Below are positions 46,575 through 59,546 of a DNA stretch of 64,000 nucleotides, piece by piece. Numbering within the stretch: position 1 is the first letter of the stretch; each line of letters opens with the position of its first letter. The DNA is from Trichinella spiralis (Eukaryota), in NCBI RefSeq assembly GCF_000181795.1, contig NW_003526947.1, positions 214,217-278,216 on the forward strand. Reading direction: 5' to 3'. The translations under genes were made by a program, and so were the position numbers. The notes under the pieces were generated by a model. It made no database searches, was not told the DNA's origin, and saw only the letters and a program-made list of their open reading frames with translations.

Positions 46575-49218
46575 ATGGGCTGTACGGAAAGTAGCTTGTC
46601 CGAAAGGAAGAATGGAAGTTGTTGGCCGACAGTTGACGAAGGAGCTGAAAACGCCATGGTAGGCAAAAAGCGTCAGCCGGTGCTAGTAAGCCGCCAACAA
46701 CAACGACCAAAACCAGAAGCGGAGAAACAAATCATGCTAACAACATCCAACTTGTCCAACATGCAGTTGCCAAAAATTGTCGTCTTTTCCGAATCCACTG
46801 GCAAAGATGATCTTCAATCCGACAATAATGAGAATACTGGCAACAGCAGTTGCATAGATGACAGCGAAAATGAATCTGCTTCGTTGGACGGGCTGAAAAA
46901 GGTACGACGGTCGACAATGTTCAAGCTGAACAAGCATGTGGAAGTGGAAAAGCAGCAGGAAGGCCATTTGGGCGGAGGGCACCGGCTTGATCCGTGCTCG
47001 TCGTCGTCGTCGTCGTCGGATTTGGAAAAGCACACTCGAACCATTTTGCGTCGCTTTCCATTCCCGACCATGAACAACGCCAACCGACCCAGTCCAGGAT
47101 CCAGTCCGCGGTTCGGCATGAAAACGGTCAAGTGCATCTCTTGGCGACGAGATACCGTACCACCGGACATTCGTCCCGCCGACGAAGCACGTCCACAGCA
47201 ACTCGATCCGGTCATCTGGCACGCTCAGCACGCTCTCAACTACATGGTCGTGGTGAGATGATTTTTCGCTCTTGCTTTTCCTTAATTACTGTAATCCAGT
47301 TCAATTGAAACAACTTTTCTATTTGTTTGTTTTCTTTTCTTTTTTTCATCCACGATGGCATAATTTTTTGACTTAATTTAGTTGATTTTGGAAAAAAGCA
47401 CAGTGAAACTTTATGGTATTATTTTCATTTTTTCCATCCCATACTTTAATCTGAAATACATCGTTGTACGTTTGTTTGTCCGCTTGTGTTTGTATAAGAT
47501 GAATTTTTTTTTCAATATCGATTCAATAATTGGAAATTTGGCATTTTATTTTGTTTAAGAAATCTGTTGAAACAGCAATACCTGTCGTGGTTCCTTTGGA
47601 AAAATGGCTGCAAGATCGACTATCCAGTTGGGTGCAGCTATCCGGTCATGATGGTAATTGTATTGGCACCACTGGCGGCGTGCGTATTGTATTTGGCTTC
47701 AATTTCAGGCACAATTGTACCCGCCAGCGACAGCACGTTGTGGAAAAAGCGTGCCAGTAATGAAAGCAACGAATCGAACGCTTACATTAAACTGATGAAC
47801 GATCCGTTGTCGAATTTCGTGGCCAAATTTTACCGTGAAGTCGAATACAAAGGCGACTGTAAGTTTCGAGCTTATTTTCTTCCAACAGCCGCTTCGCGCT
47901 AATAAATGCATAGAATTTGTTCAAAGGATCAACTTTTTGATTTTTTGACTTTCTTATTTTTAGTATTTATCGAAATAGAAGATCTTACTCGACATTTCAA
48001 CAGTCCTGCAATAATGGATGTCAAAATTGGCACCAGAACATTTCTGGAATCAGAAGTGAACAATCCGGCTAAACGAGCAGATTTGTACAAGAAAATGATC
48101 GCAATTGATGGAAATGAGCCAACCGAAGAGGAACATGCCGACAAAGCTATTACAAAACTACGCTACATGCAAGTAGGAGTGAAAAATGGAAAATGACCAA
48201 ATCGAATAAAACTATTGGCAATTTGTTGAACATTTGAAATTAAAATGTTTGCATAAGTTAATTTCAGTTTCGAGAACGAGAAAGTTCAACGGCCGAATTT
48301 GGATTTCGTATTGAAGCTATTAAAGTATTTTTTCTATTTTTACACCATTTCTGTGACCGATTTTTCTTTTTTTTTCTCTTCTTTAACATTTAGTCCAGTG
48401 ATGGTCGTACTGAGAAGAATTTCAAGCGGGTCAAATCCAAAGATGAGGTGCCAAATAATAATTTTAATTTTATAATAATAATAATAATAATAATAATTTT
48501 TTTTCTCTTGAAAACAATAAAGTTTAATATATTTCATCTTTCATTAGATTATGGAAATTTTAATACATTTCTTTGGCCCTGACAGTAAAAAAGTGCGCGG
48601 TATTTTTGTGAAACGGTTAAAAGTACTTCGACGCAAATTGCTTCGGTCAACAGTTTTCATGACTCATGAAGTATGCATATTTTCCAATTGCACATCATTA
48701 TTCAAATTTATCTATTTGTAAAATCTTTCCCACGATGTATTTGAAACGTATTTCAAAAGGAAATGAAAATTAGAAAAAAAACAAATCATCTTTATTAAAA
48801 ATTAAAGATTCACTTTTTGTATATTATTTGAATTATGTGTTTGCGTTATAAATCTAATTTGGGCAAACGTGTTGTCGTAGATAGTGTTGATTAGTGTGAT
48901 CAATTTTTAAAACTTATTTTTGGTCCACGATTTGAAATGAAAAAAAGAACAACGAAACCGAACTACATTTATATTTATTTGTAGTTTATTGGAAGCAGTT
49001 TGCTTTTCATGTACGATAAAAAGCATGCGAATGTGTGGATGATTGACTTTGCCAAAGTTTGTCCTGTAGAAACAGTGACGTTGAATCACACTTCATCATG
49101 GCAATTTGGTAATCACGAAGATGGATATTTTGTTGGTCTTGATAATTTAATTCAGGTACGGAACAGTTTGTTAATCAGTTTTTTAAATTATTCCTTTGAT
49201 TTGATCTTCTTTGCGTGA
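46575..49218 (+). CDS. Inositol-trisphosphate 3-kinase (ITPK/lfe-2-like), at least 8 exons; last exon uncertain
   Basis: WVQLSGHDG, FIEIEDL, PAIMDVKIGTRTF (PxxxDxKxG), TKLRYMQFRERESST, GSSLLF, WMIDFAK, EDGYFVGLDNLI. Confidence 0.93.
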
Positions 49219-52200
49219 CTGAGATGGTGTTGACGTGCAAATTTTGATTGAGATTTTCCTATTTTTTTTTCTTCTTTAAATACAATAATAATAATAATAA
49301 ATTTATGTGAACTATTTTTCAGTTGAAAACCATAGAATAGAATAAGAGTTGAAATTTATGAAGAAGTTAATAATTGAGAAGATTTACAATTAAAATTCAC
49401 CATTCTTTGAACCTCGAGTGTGATCAGGATGTTTGATATTTCAAGGGAAATTTAACATTTTAAAATAAATTTCACACTGTGTCGTTGTTTATTTTATTTT
49501 TTTTTGTGAAATAAATTTGAGGGGAATTAATCAACTTGAATTTAATTGAACACTGTCCAACCAGTTTGAACGGATTTTTAAGTTTAATTTTAAAATTGTA
49601 AAATTTATCATGCGATGTTTAGTTGATATTGTTTTGTTGAATTGGTTGAATTAGTTACAAATGCCATGGATAGTTTAGATGTTAATTATTTTAAAAAAAA
49701 TAGAAAAGAAAAGAAAATAGTTTGTTTAGTAGCAATTGATTTCAAAAGTGGGAAGATTAATCTTGCTTGACACTTACTTGGCAATGATTGGATTGAATTT
49801 GAAATTCTTTTGATCAACTGGACGAAATCAGTATCTACGCGTGAATAGCAGTTAATTCTCTTTGGAAATGGAAATGCAAATAAATAAAATTTAATAATTC
49901 TTTTTTTATTATTATTTTCAAATATTGAATATTGAAATAAATTAATAACTGTGGCGTTGTGTAAAATTATTGGAATAAAGTGAAATTTTTAAGTGAAAAA
50001 AAATTAAAAATGAGAAAAATTGTATTGTTTTTAAAATTATTGTTGATGCTGATTTTCAATCAGTGCAATTTTATTTGAAATTCTGAAAATGCACAAGAGG
50101 GAAAGGAGTTTGATGCAGAAGAATGTGTTATTTGTGTTGTTAGCGTTTTGGGTGCTTCACGCAGAATGAGAATGCTCAGGCATGCGATGTTGATTGTAAA
50201 ATTTTGATGTGAGTTAAATGTATTATTGTGTATGTTCGATAATTTTGGGTCGATATTATTCTGTTCAATGATGGAAATTTTTTCCACCCATTCTGCTTGA
50301 CGCTTGCCAAGTATTGCTTTGTCGAAGGTGAACGTGTTAGTTGATCCTGAACCACGCAACCGGAAGCGATTGAATAGCGATCACTGGATACCACCAAGCT
50401 AGGCTTTTATTTCCCACTCGAAGGATCGATTTTGGAAGCTGAGCTAGAATTACCACTATCAATAGTAGTAGCATTTATTCGATTGATCGAATTTTACTCA
50501 AAAAATACTGAAACATTAATTTCAAATTTAATGAAAAAAAATCAAGCATATTATTAATATTGACATCCTGATAATTGGTATTTTTTAAAATGAACTAATG
50601 ATATTGTTGATGACGATGATGATTTTCAATTTGCATTGCAATTCAAGTGGAAAAAGCATTTTTCAATGAAACCAGTAATGCTTATAATACATATACATAT
50701 ACATATACATATATATACAGCTTTGTTGTGATTTATTCTGTCAGCTATAATATGATGGAGGAAAATTTTAACCGAATAAACCAACTTTTGCATCCGGTTG
50801 ATTATTGAAAGGCGTTTTTGCTGTGTGCAAAGAAGTGAAAAGTTTCTCAATGACCACCACCAACCACATTGATCGACAATTCTGACTGCTGGGCATGTTG
50901 GCAATTGATGCAAACGAATCTGCAGCACATTCGAGCTAATGTTGTGTTGGCTAATGAAAAATGACTTTCAATTTAACACTTTTCGACGTTTATGCCCAAT
51001 CTGCTGATGTGTTGTTGCTGTCATTTCCACCTCTTAGCGCGGGCAGGTGCGTCGATAAAATGGAAAATTCAACTTTTCGACCAATAATAAATAATATCAA
51101 TTATAATCATGGCAAAAGTGAAATATTGTTTTCAACTTTATCAACTATAACTGTACGCGTCAATTTCAACATATGCATCATGCATGCATATGTTATGAGG
51201 GAAAAAAAATCAATCAAACTTATTCAACGAATGTTCTATTTTCTTTTCTAAAGATCAAAAATGGATTTCAATTATCTGCTTTATTATTATTATTATTGAT
51301 TTGAATTGTTTGATCTTTTTTTAATTTTATTCCAATCTACAATATATACTATATGAACGTTCTGTTTTGATAATATTTTTTTGAATTAATTGCTTGCAAT
51401 ATTATTGAAAAGGTAGTTTTCTTTTTGACACTCAATCTGACCAAATTTAATACAACAGCTATATGGGGATGATAGTTTAACATAAATTTGAATAGCATTT
51501 ATTAATTTATTCTCTCATTTAAACAACACCGAACAATCACAAAATGATTAATTTTTCTTTTTTTCTTTCTTTATATTAATTTTTTTATTCTTTATATATT
51601 TGAATAGTCACCTTATATAAGGATCCATTTCCTTCTAATTAATAAAAATTATTGCAGCATTTGATTGATTTGTTTGTTCTAAAACTTTTTGCCATTCAGA
51701 TTCTTGCCAAAAAATATATTCGTAATATTTTTATTCTTCTACCACGTTTGTCAGGAACAATTCTTTATATTTTTAGAACAAAATATTACCATTTATTTAT
51801 AAAAAACTTTTACATTTTAAGTGTGATTATTATTATCATTAATATTTGTTTATTTTAAATATTTTTTTATTCTGATCAGAGTAGAAATAAAGATAGGAAC
51901 AATTAATTCTCCTGAAAATTCCATCTCTTCTATATATATATCTAGCGTGACCGCGGCGACTGCTGTTTGATTTCTTGGTACTCTGCTTGAACGGGCTTGG
52001 CTGGTGATCGATTTTGCGATCGAAATTTGACAATTTTATAAAAATCGCTTCCAATTTTCCTCCATCTTGTTGTTTTGCTAATATTTTTCAAACTATCAAA
52101 CTTTGTCTTGCTTTCAAACAATCTGCTTTTGATAAAATGAAAACAAATTTCAATTTTAAATAAATAAATACGCATATATATATATTTTTATGGGAAAAAA

Positions 52201-52810
52201 TATATATTTTTTTCTTTTTCCTTTTTCTCTTCAGTACAAATGAACAAACATATTATCATATATAATGTACAATTTTTGAACAGATTTTTGAAGAAATGAA
52301 ATTGTTCGAAATGCGACGATTAAGCGCAAATACGACGAAAAAGAATAGCAGCAGTAGTAGCATTAGCCGCATGTCCAATAGTGGATTTTCCTGATTTGTA
52401 ATCCATTATTTGTTTTCCCTGTTTTATTCTTTTCAACGCTGTCGTTTATTACTATGTGCAAATGAAATTAAAACACAATATACAATTGTTTGAAATTTTC
52501 AAATGATTGATCTCAAATGCATTTGTGCATTGGTTTTTTTTTCGTTTTCTTTTCCATTTGTTGTTGTTCATCGGGCTAGCTAATCAAAATCATCAAATCA
52601 TATACGAGAAAATCGAACAATTCTTACTTATTCGATTATAAATTAAATAAATAAGTATATATATATATATATATGGCATGGAGAAGCAACGTGATAAAAA
52701 AGAAGAAGAAGAATTAAAAGGGATTGCTTCACATAATTAAGCATGCAATTAACATTAGAACAAGCATGCGCATTATCGAGGAAAAAGAAAAGAAGCTTCA
52801 GATGTAAAGC

Positions 52811-54193
52811 TTATAATCCAGCGACTGTCTGGTAGCGGCTATGCATGATTTTTTTGTGCAAATCACATTTCCATGCTAGACCGCCAACGGCAATTATTAT
52901 CATAATAACAACAAACGCAACTACCAAGGATGTGTTGTCGTTGACGGGTTCCGTTTGGTCTTCAGCTGATTCGGATAATTCGTCCAAGTGATCATTTGAA
53001 TCCCCTTCTGCAGGTGGTGATTGTTCAATTTCAGCTTCTTCGACATCGGTAGAATGCACATGTTTAGCTGTGGTCAGCTTCTTATGCAGCGTTGTTGTTG
53101 TTGTTGTTGTTGTTGTTGTCGTCATCATTGCTTCACCTTCTGCTGGTGGTGGTGGTGTTTCACTGGTGACATGGGTGATTTTCGATATTGACGATGGTTC
53201 AGTATGTTGTTGTTCTGCTGGAAATTCTGCAGACTCGTTGAAATCATCGTCGTCATATTCGTCGTGATTTTCGCTCACTTCCGCTTTGTTGAAGCAAGTT
53301 TTGATGGTGAGCGTTTTGGATTGGAATTCAATACAGCCCAGCTGATTCAGTTCTTCCACGTCCGTCGGTTCGCTGATGAACGAAATACATCCGCTGGCTT
53401 GGTAATGGGTGGCCGACTGTTTGGCGACCATATCGACGCTGAAGCAGTGCTGTCCGTAGCAATGGCTCGACTGACTTTGCATTGGAAAATCGTTCCACGT
53501 CAACTGGGCAGACGTGGGACATCGATGGCGTCGTTTTCTGTGGCTGGTTGACGTGACCAGCTGTTGTTGTTGTTGTTGCTCGTTGCAAAAGTCTTCCGCA
53601 CAAAGGCACGTCTCCATGTCGACAGACTGATGCAAAGCGTGACTGTGCACCGTGGCGCCTGTAATTGGCGGCTGCACGCATGCGCCAACTCCCCGACGTT
53701 CTATCAACGGTACCGTGCGATTGACGCAGCCTCGGCTCCGACGCCTGTGGTTCCGGTCGACTACGTAACTGCAGTACTCACCGATGCACTGGTGACGACT
53801 GGAACAGTGGTCGCCGTCGTCGCACCGGCAACGGACAAACGGGACGAACTGTTGCAGCTTGTCGCCCACGTTGGCGTTGCAATAATCCGCATCGCAGATG
53901 CACATCTTCACATCCCCGGCCGAGTAGAATTCGCAGTGGCTTCGGACCGCCCGACGCAGCAAAGTTCCATTGACACAGCCCTTGACGTGGGTCGCTTTGC
54001 CGAACTGAGCCTGGCCCCATACCGACGCGTAGCTGCTCACCAAACAGTACTGCCCTTCGCATATGTCGCCCACGCAGTGCAGACCTTCGCACGAAAAGCA
54101 CTTGACGGCTCCCGTGCGGCCTGCCCCGCACCAGGCCAGAACAAACGCTACAATAGCCCAACGGCACAACATCCAACGTGAACGACTCGACAT
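52811..54193 (-). CDS. Single-exon type I membrane protein with 2-3 Cys-rich three-finger (Ly6/activin-receptor-like) domains
   Basis: 460-aa ORF with a signal peptide, domains ending CICDADYCN and CLCAEDFCN, an acidic/Thr-rich stalk, TM LVVAFVVIMIIIAVGGLAW and a short tail ending RYQTVAGL. Confidence 0.8.
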   Translation of the reverse strand: MSSRSRWMLCRWAIVAFVLAWCGAGRTGAVKCFSCEGLHCVGDICEGQYCLVSSYASVWGQAQFGKATHVKGCVNGTLLRRAVRSHCEFYSAGDVKMCICDADYCNANVGDKLQQFVPFVRCRCDDGDHCSSRHQCIGEYCSYVVDRNHRRRSRGCVNRTVPLIERRGVGACVQPPITGATVHSHALHQSVDMETCLCAEDFCNEQQQQQQLVTSTSHRKRRHRCPTSAQLTWNDFPMQSQSSHCYGQHCFSVDMVAKQSATHYQASGCISFISEPTDVEELNQLGCIEFQSKTLTIKTCFNKAEVSENHDEYDDDDFNESAEFPAEQQHTEPSSISKITHVTSETPPPPAEGEAMMTTTTTTTTTTTLHKKLTTAKHVHSTDVEEAEIEQSPPAEGDSNDHLDELSESAEDQTEPVNDNTSLVVAFVVIMIIIAVGGLAWKCDLHKKIMHSRYQTVAGL

Positions 54194-55195
54194 GAGCGCA
54201 CGCGCGTCTTGTCCTCTTCACAACAGCAGGCAGCATTGCCAACCTACCGCCAACCAGTGCCAACTGCAAAAGCGAGCGAGTGATTCTATTGGTCAGACCG
54301 ATGTTCTTGTTTATCCGCCCTTTTTCAAAATGGACCTTCTCGTCACGGTCCACGTCAGCCAACCGATTGATTGAAATGACGATCGATTTTTGACGAGATA
54401 ATCTCAACCTGCAACCGCCTTCGTGGTCAACGAAACAAGCCCATCAACAATCATCACAATTACACACTTCATATGCATATCCATACGCATATGTGTATGT
54501 GCTGCTATGGCGTAAACAAAAACCATTCTTCCAGTTGTTGCTGCTGCTGTTGTTGTTCTATTAGCAAACAGTTTTTTTGTCAGTTTGCTCGTTTCTTTTT
54601 TCTTTACTCATTTCCAGAAACGCATCCGACAAAAAGAAGTTTGTATCGAATTACCACTCGATCAGTCTGAACGACGATGGAAATGCTCAGCTAATATCAA
54701 ACAACTGAATTTCATCGATTTTTCCCAACCAAATTGATGCAAATAACGCCTTTTATTCACACACACACACACACACACACCATCATTTGCTACTGCTCTA
54801 TCAGCATTTTGAAGAGAAGAAAAAACAATAATCTTCAACTTCAATTCAACTTTCGAACCTATTACAAACGAGCACAATTAGCAGCAATCTGTTGTTTTTC
54901 TTTTGTTTTTTCTTTTCGATTGATTTTCTAAAATCAAATCAAAGCTTCTTTATATCCGCTTTATTGTTTGATTGGGATTTCATTTGTTTGTGTTCTTCTT
55001 TACAATTTCAAAAAATGGCATGGAAAAATAATGACAAAGCAAAAAAAAATTAACATTCATCGGTCAATTTCCAAAATTGAACAACTTTAAGGAATATTTG
55101 AATGAAATTTGAATTTTCAGTAAAATTAATTCCACCACTGCTTTTTCGTATCGAATAAAGCAAAATACGCCTTATTGTTCGAGCATTGAATTTGT

Positions 55196-56112
55196 CTAGT
55201 TGTTATCTTTTTTCTGGTGTCTTGATCGAGTGTAAGTTTTCAATTTTTCGAAAATCGTCACACCAACTGCCAAACCAAGACCCAAAAGCATGACTACGAA
55301 AACTCCGCCGACATTTTGCAGACCAAGTTCTGCAGATATGCTGCTTTTTCCATCCGCAGAGTCGCACTTTCCACCGCCACGTCGTTTCCACCATTTGTCC
55401 TTTAATTCGGTGATTACTGTCTTCTCTTGAAGGTAAAGAATTGTTTGAGAAATCGCTTCGCGGTAAGGAGAACCTATTGTTTAAAATTGAATGTTTCGTA
55501 TGACAACGAAGCGCTTCTATTTCTTAAGTCAAATAATGTTACCTTTTCTAAATCCAATGCCATAACCTTTCGAATCCAACAGCCCACCGATTTGTGTCAA
55601 ATCACAGTCACGTTCAACGTAAAATTCAAGCATGGACGATTCCATGAGATAAGCGTAATTTCCTTGCTTTACCCGACTTATTCCTTCCCTACTACCGTTC
55701 ACAAATACAGATGGTTCCGATGATTTCATGGCCATCCACATTTTTTCATAAACTGGAATTTTAGAGTCCTAAAGTTTTTCATACAGAGCAAGCTGTGCAA
55801 ATTATTCTTTACATACTTTAAAAAATTGCATTGTTGAACCTCTGTTCAAAGTACCATAACGAATTTTAGTCTGCTTGACAAGATCTTCTGCGCTGTTGAT
55901 TGTATATTCCATCCTTTCAACTGTCAAAAATGCTGCCAAATTGGCAGTATAGCTTGAAATTAATATCAGTGTAAAAAACCACCACACGCTGGCTACCATT
56001 CGTGTTCCAACTGCTCGTGGTGCAATATCGCAACCCTGAAAAATTATTAAAACTTTGTAAATGAAAATCCAAAAAGCGTTAAAAAATAACAGATCACATT
56101 TATTGACGACTG

Positions 56113-56154
<42 letters not shown>

Positions 56155-59100
56155 GGACGTTTTAAAAACACATTCTTACTTGTTGCATCAGGGAGCCAAT
56201 AGTAAACCAAAAACTGTTTCCCAGAGAAAACTGATTTTCCTTGTTCTCTTCTTCACCTTGACAAGTATGTGAGCAAACCCATTCTGAAGGACTTATTCGG
56301 GCAACAAGCCAAAGTATGAGGCTAACAACAACGTACGCAGCTCCCATGTACATCCACACATCCAGAGAAAGTGGTGCCAAAAAACTCAGCAAACTAGGTG
56401 GCGTTTTTTCTGGTTTTTTAAATAATATGCTTATTCCTAGGTGCATGTATGGCACTGAAAAATCAATCACTTCACTTCGAACAAAGTTGATTGTCAGAGA
56501 AGCAACAGCAACGTCTGCGTCCTAAATAGCAGCTCTGTTCAAGGAAACTGTCTCAAATAGAGGATAGTTTAAATTTGGTCAGTAGAAGGTTCGAATAAAA
56601 TTTCAAAACTTCATTTCAAATTACAAAGTCAACATGCATTATAATATAAGTTGCTATAGTTGCCTTTAATGACCTTTAATGAAACATTTAAAAGTGCAGT
56701 TCAACGCTACTTATGATAATAACCTTCAGCGTATAAATAAAGTGATCTTACTCCATTGATAAGTTCACCAATTATTCCATTCCAACGACCGTTAGCATCA
56801 GGTGTACCATATGATTTATCTTTCACTTCGTGTATAGTGAAATTAAATTTGTTCATTTCAGCAATTCGTTCCAAAAGATCTATGCAAAATCCTTCATAGC
56901 GGTCATTTCCGCTCAGTTTTTCTACAGATTTTTTGTACATCACAAATGGCGCTTCCTGAAATCGAGATACAACAATAAATGCAGTCAAAAAACAAATCCA
57001 CACGAACCATGTAGACAGTCACCCGAAGAACTTTATTTTCCAATGACTCTGCAATTTGTGCAGTCTTGGGTAAATCAGATTTGACATGCTCTAAGCCTCT
57101 TTGTTGGGTCCATGCTGCTATCTGAAAAAAAATCATTTTATTCTGTTATGTAATTGTATTAATACGAAGCTAATTTAAACAGTCAGTGAATGAAAGGCAC
57201 AATGAAAAATATCAAACAGCAATAATAACAAGCGCAGTAAATTAGAATAATGAATAACGAACGACAGGTTTTCTTGAACAAATCAGTAATATTAACATTG
57301 TATTTATTAATTATTACACAGACCTTCACAAATCCTTGAGTAGTTGCTTCCACGATTTGCATGCTAAAATTAAATCTTTTACCATAGCCATCAAACTGAA
57401 TATGGCCTGTCGAGCCTTGAAATGCAGTCTAATATTTCATAAAATAAGCACAAAATAATACAAAAACATGTTAGAAAAAGAAAAAAATGTTTACAGCTTT
57501 CAAAAAATTCATGAATGTTGTCCCACCACGCCAAACGCTTTCATTTCTGCAGTCTACTGACTCTGGTTTAAGCGAATTTTGCAGCACAATAGCTGTTTTG
57601 GTAATCACCGATACAGCGTCATTTATAACAGCGACGTACGTCTGATAGTAAACAAAAATATAATCGAAAGTCAAAGTAAAATGACAGTTTACTGGTAATG
57701 TTCCTGATGTAAATATTGGCCAGCTTCCGTTAGTGGCTTTATGATTTTTAAGTCTTGCAATAATGCGCTTTGTAACTGGTGCGTCGTCGTCGACAAAACG
57801 GATAGCAGTAATGTTGCAGCCTTTCATTTTGTACGGTATCAAATCCAAAGTATAAACATCCTACACAAAAAATGTTAAGTTGTAGGGTATTTTCAGAAAA
57901 GCAGAAATTACTAGATCAGTAAAAACATAATGATAATATGGACCAAGCATATTCATTTCCATTGCCTAAGATAGAAAAATGTCATTGATTATTAATATGC
58001 TAAAAATGTAAAATTTATACGTCGTCTAAAAATTTTCGAACCGTCACCAAATCTGCCTGAACTACAAAAAAGTAAATGTGTTGCAGCTCTTTCAGTTGCT
58101 TAAGTTGTGGTCGAAACTGGCGACCTGGGTTGAGGCGTTGTGCGTGGAAAATTACAGAATAATCTTTTCTTTGAAGATTTAACAATTCTTGCAATTGCAT
58201 GAGACCGAAAAAAGCATACATGTTTTTAAATTAAACAAAACTGTTTTCAAAAAAAGTGAATGAATAACAACTTTGCATAGATAATAATTAATAATACAGT
58301 TCTGCTTGATTTTTTTAATGAATTAAAAACTTCCATTGCTGCTTAATTGTACTGTAAATAATGTTGCGCTAGATATATATAGATGCTATTTTGTCATGAT
58401 ATCTACCTTAAAAATTGTTGTGCTATGTGTAAATTGCATCTTGGTAATATCTCGATTAGAGCAGTTAAATTCAAGTATTTTATGAACAAATCAATTAATA
58501 TAATGGTGTTGTGTAAGAAAAGTATGCAACAATGTAACTAACGACAAACACAAACATTAATACAACACGTTATGGATAATTATTATGCTCAGAATGCTCA
58601 AGATGTTCAGAATATTTTGTCGTCGTGAATTTTCTGCTTATTATTAAAAGCAACAATATTAGAGTTATCCGTTTTATATATAGATTTGCTGCATATTTTT
58701 AAAGTAAATTATACTTTTATTTGAAATGTGAAATTTATTGTTGATAGTGTATTTTTGAAATGCTGCTCACCAAAATTATCTTGATAAAGAATGACAGCTC
58801 GTTGCCACTGAAATTGTTTTATCAAATTGGAAATTACAGTCCCAACAGCAGTAGATGGAGGATACAAGTCAATGGAGTTTAAAAATGGCTTTGAAGAGTC
58901 GTCAAATTTAACCATAACTAGTGGAATCTCATGACTTTCACAAAGCAGTCGTACATTTTCACTTGAACGCGTATCAAGTGCTGTAAAAATGGCAATGCTT
59001 TGAGTAAGCAAAAGACCGCAAGCTAAAATAAAAAATTAAAATAAATATTCACGCAATCTTTCCATACATTCAGTTTTTAAATATTCAATGCTAAATGAAT

Positions 59101-59546
59101 GCATGCCAACGATAGGAAGTGAATTTTACCTGTTGACTTGTTTTACATTTTTACAACACGTATTCTTTATAAATTATCCATCTTCAATTTTACAGTTGTT
59201 TTTGTATTGCAAAACAATAATTTTAATAAATTAAACAGTTTCAACATAGTTATTATTTATTTTAATTTTACAAGGGTTTTTTTCGAACGGGGTTTAGTTT
59301 TAATGTTAATAACTTGCCTTTGTCAACTAATTCGACAACATCTTCGTCATTTTCCATGCTAAGCATGCGCGACTTAAATGTAACAGAGCTGGTCGAATAC
59401 TGATCAACAGCAACGTAAAATGCAATTCGTCCAGCGACATCACGTTTACCAAACAGGCTGCTCAACCAGAACACTTTTGCTGCTAGATTACTGATCAACA
59501 AAAAAAGTGCAAACGAAATGGCTAACCAACAACAACAGCTCCTCAT
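55196..59546 (-). CDS. Ionotropic glutamate receptor, non-NMDA (kainate-like), about 13 exons
   Basis: Signal peptide and [45 protein letters not shown] (Q at the Q/R site), [33 protein letters not shown]4 [10 protein letters not shown]. Stop at 55196. Confidence 0.95.
56119..56151. repeat. (TA)n microsatellite in an iGluR intron (others: (GTT)n ~8958-8982, (TA)n ~22186-22209, (CTA)n ~61155-61200)
   Basis: Visible directly in the sequence. Confidence 0.9.

Noticed and set aside
33965..49218. Functional link between the HDAC (inositol-phosphate activated) and the nearby IP3 3-kinase
   Set aside because: IP3K makes Ins(1,3,4,5)P4 rather than the Ins(1,4,5,6)P4 seen in HDAC complexes, the genes are ~10 kb apart, and there is no evidence beyond proximity.
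50060..52175. GC-richer patches with short ORFs (one containing GKR, neuropeptide-like)
   Set aside because: No signal peptide, consistent splice pattern or recognisable homology.
53070..54407. Long overlapping ORFs of 100-210 aa on other frames and the opposite strand
   Set aside because: Shadow ORFs of a GC-rich coding exon; the same applies to 46732-47308 and 13620-13898.
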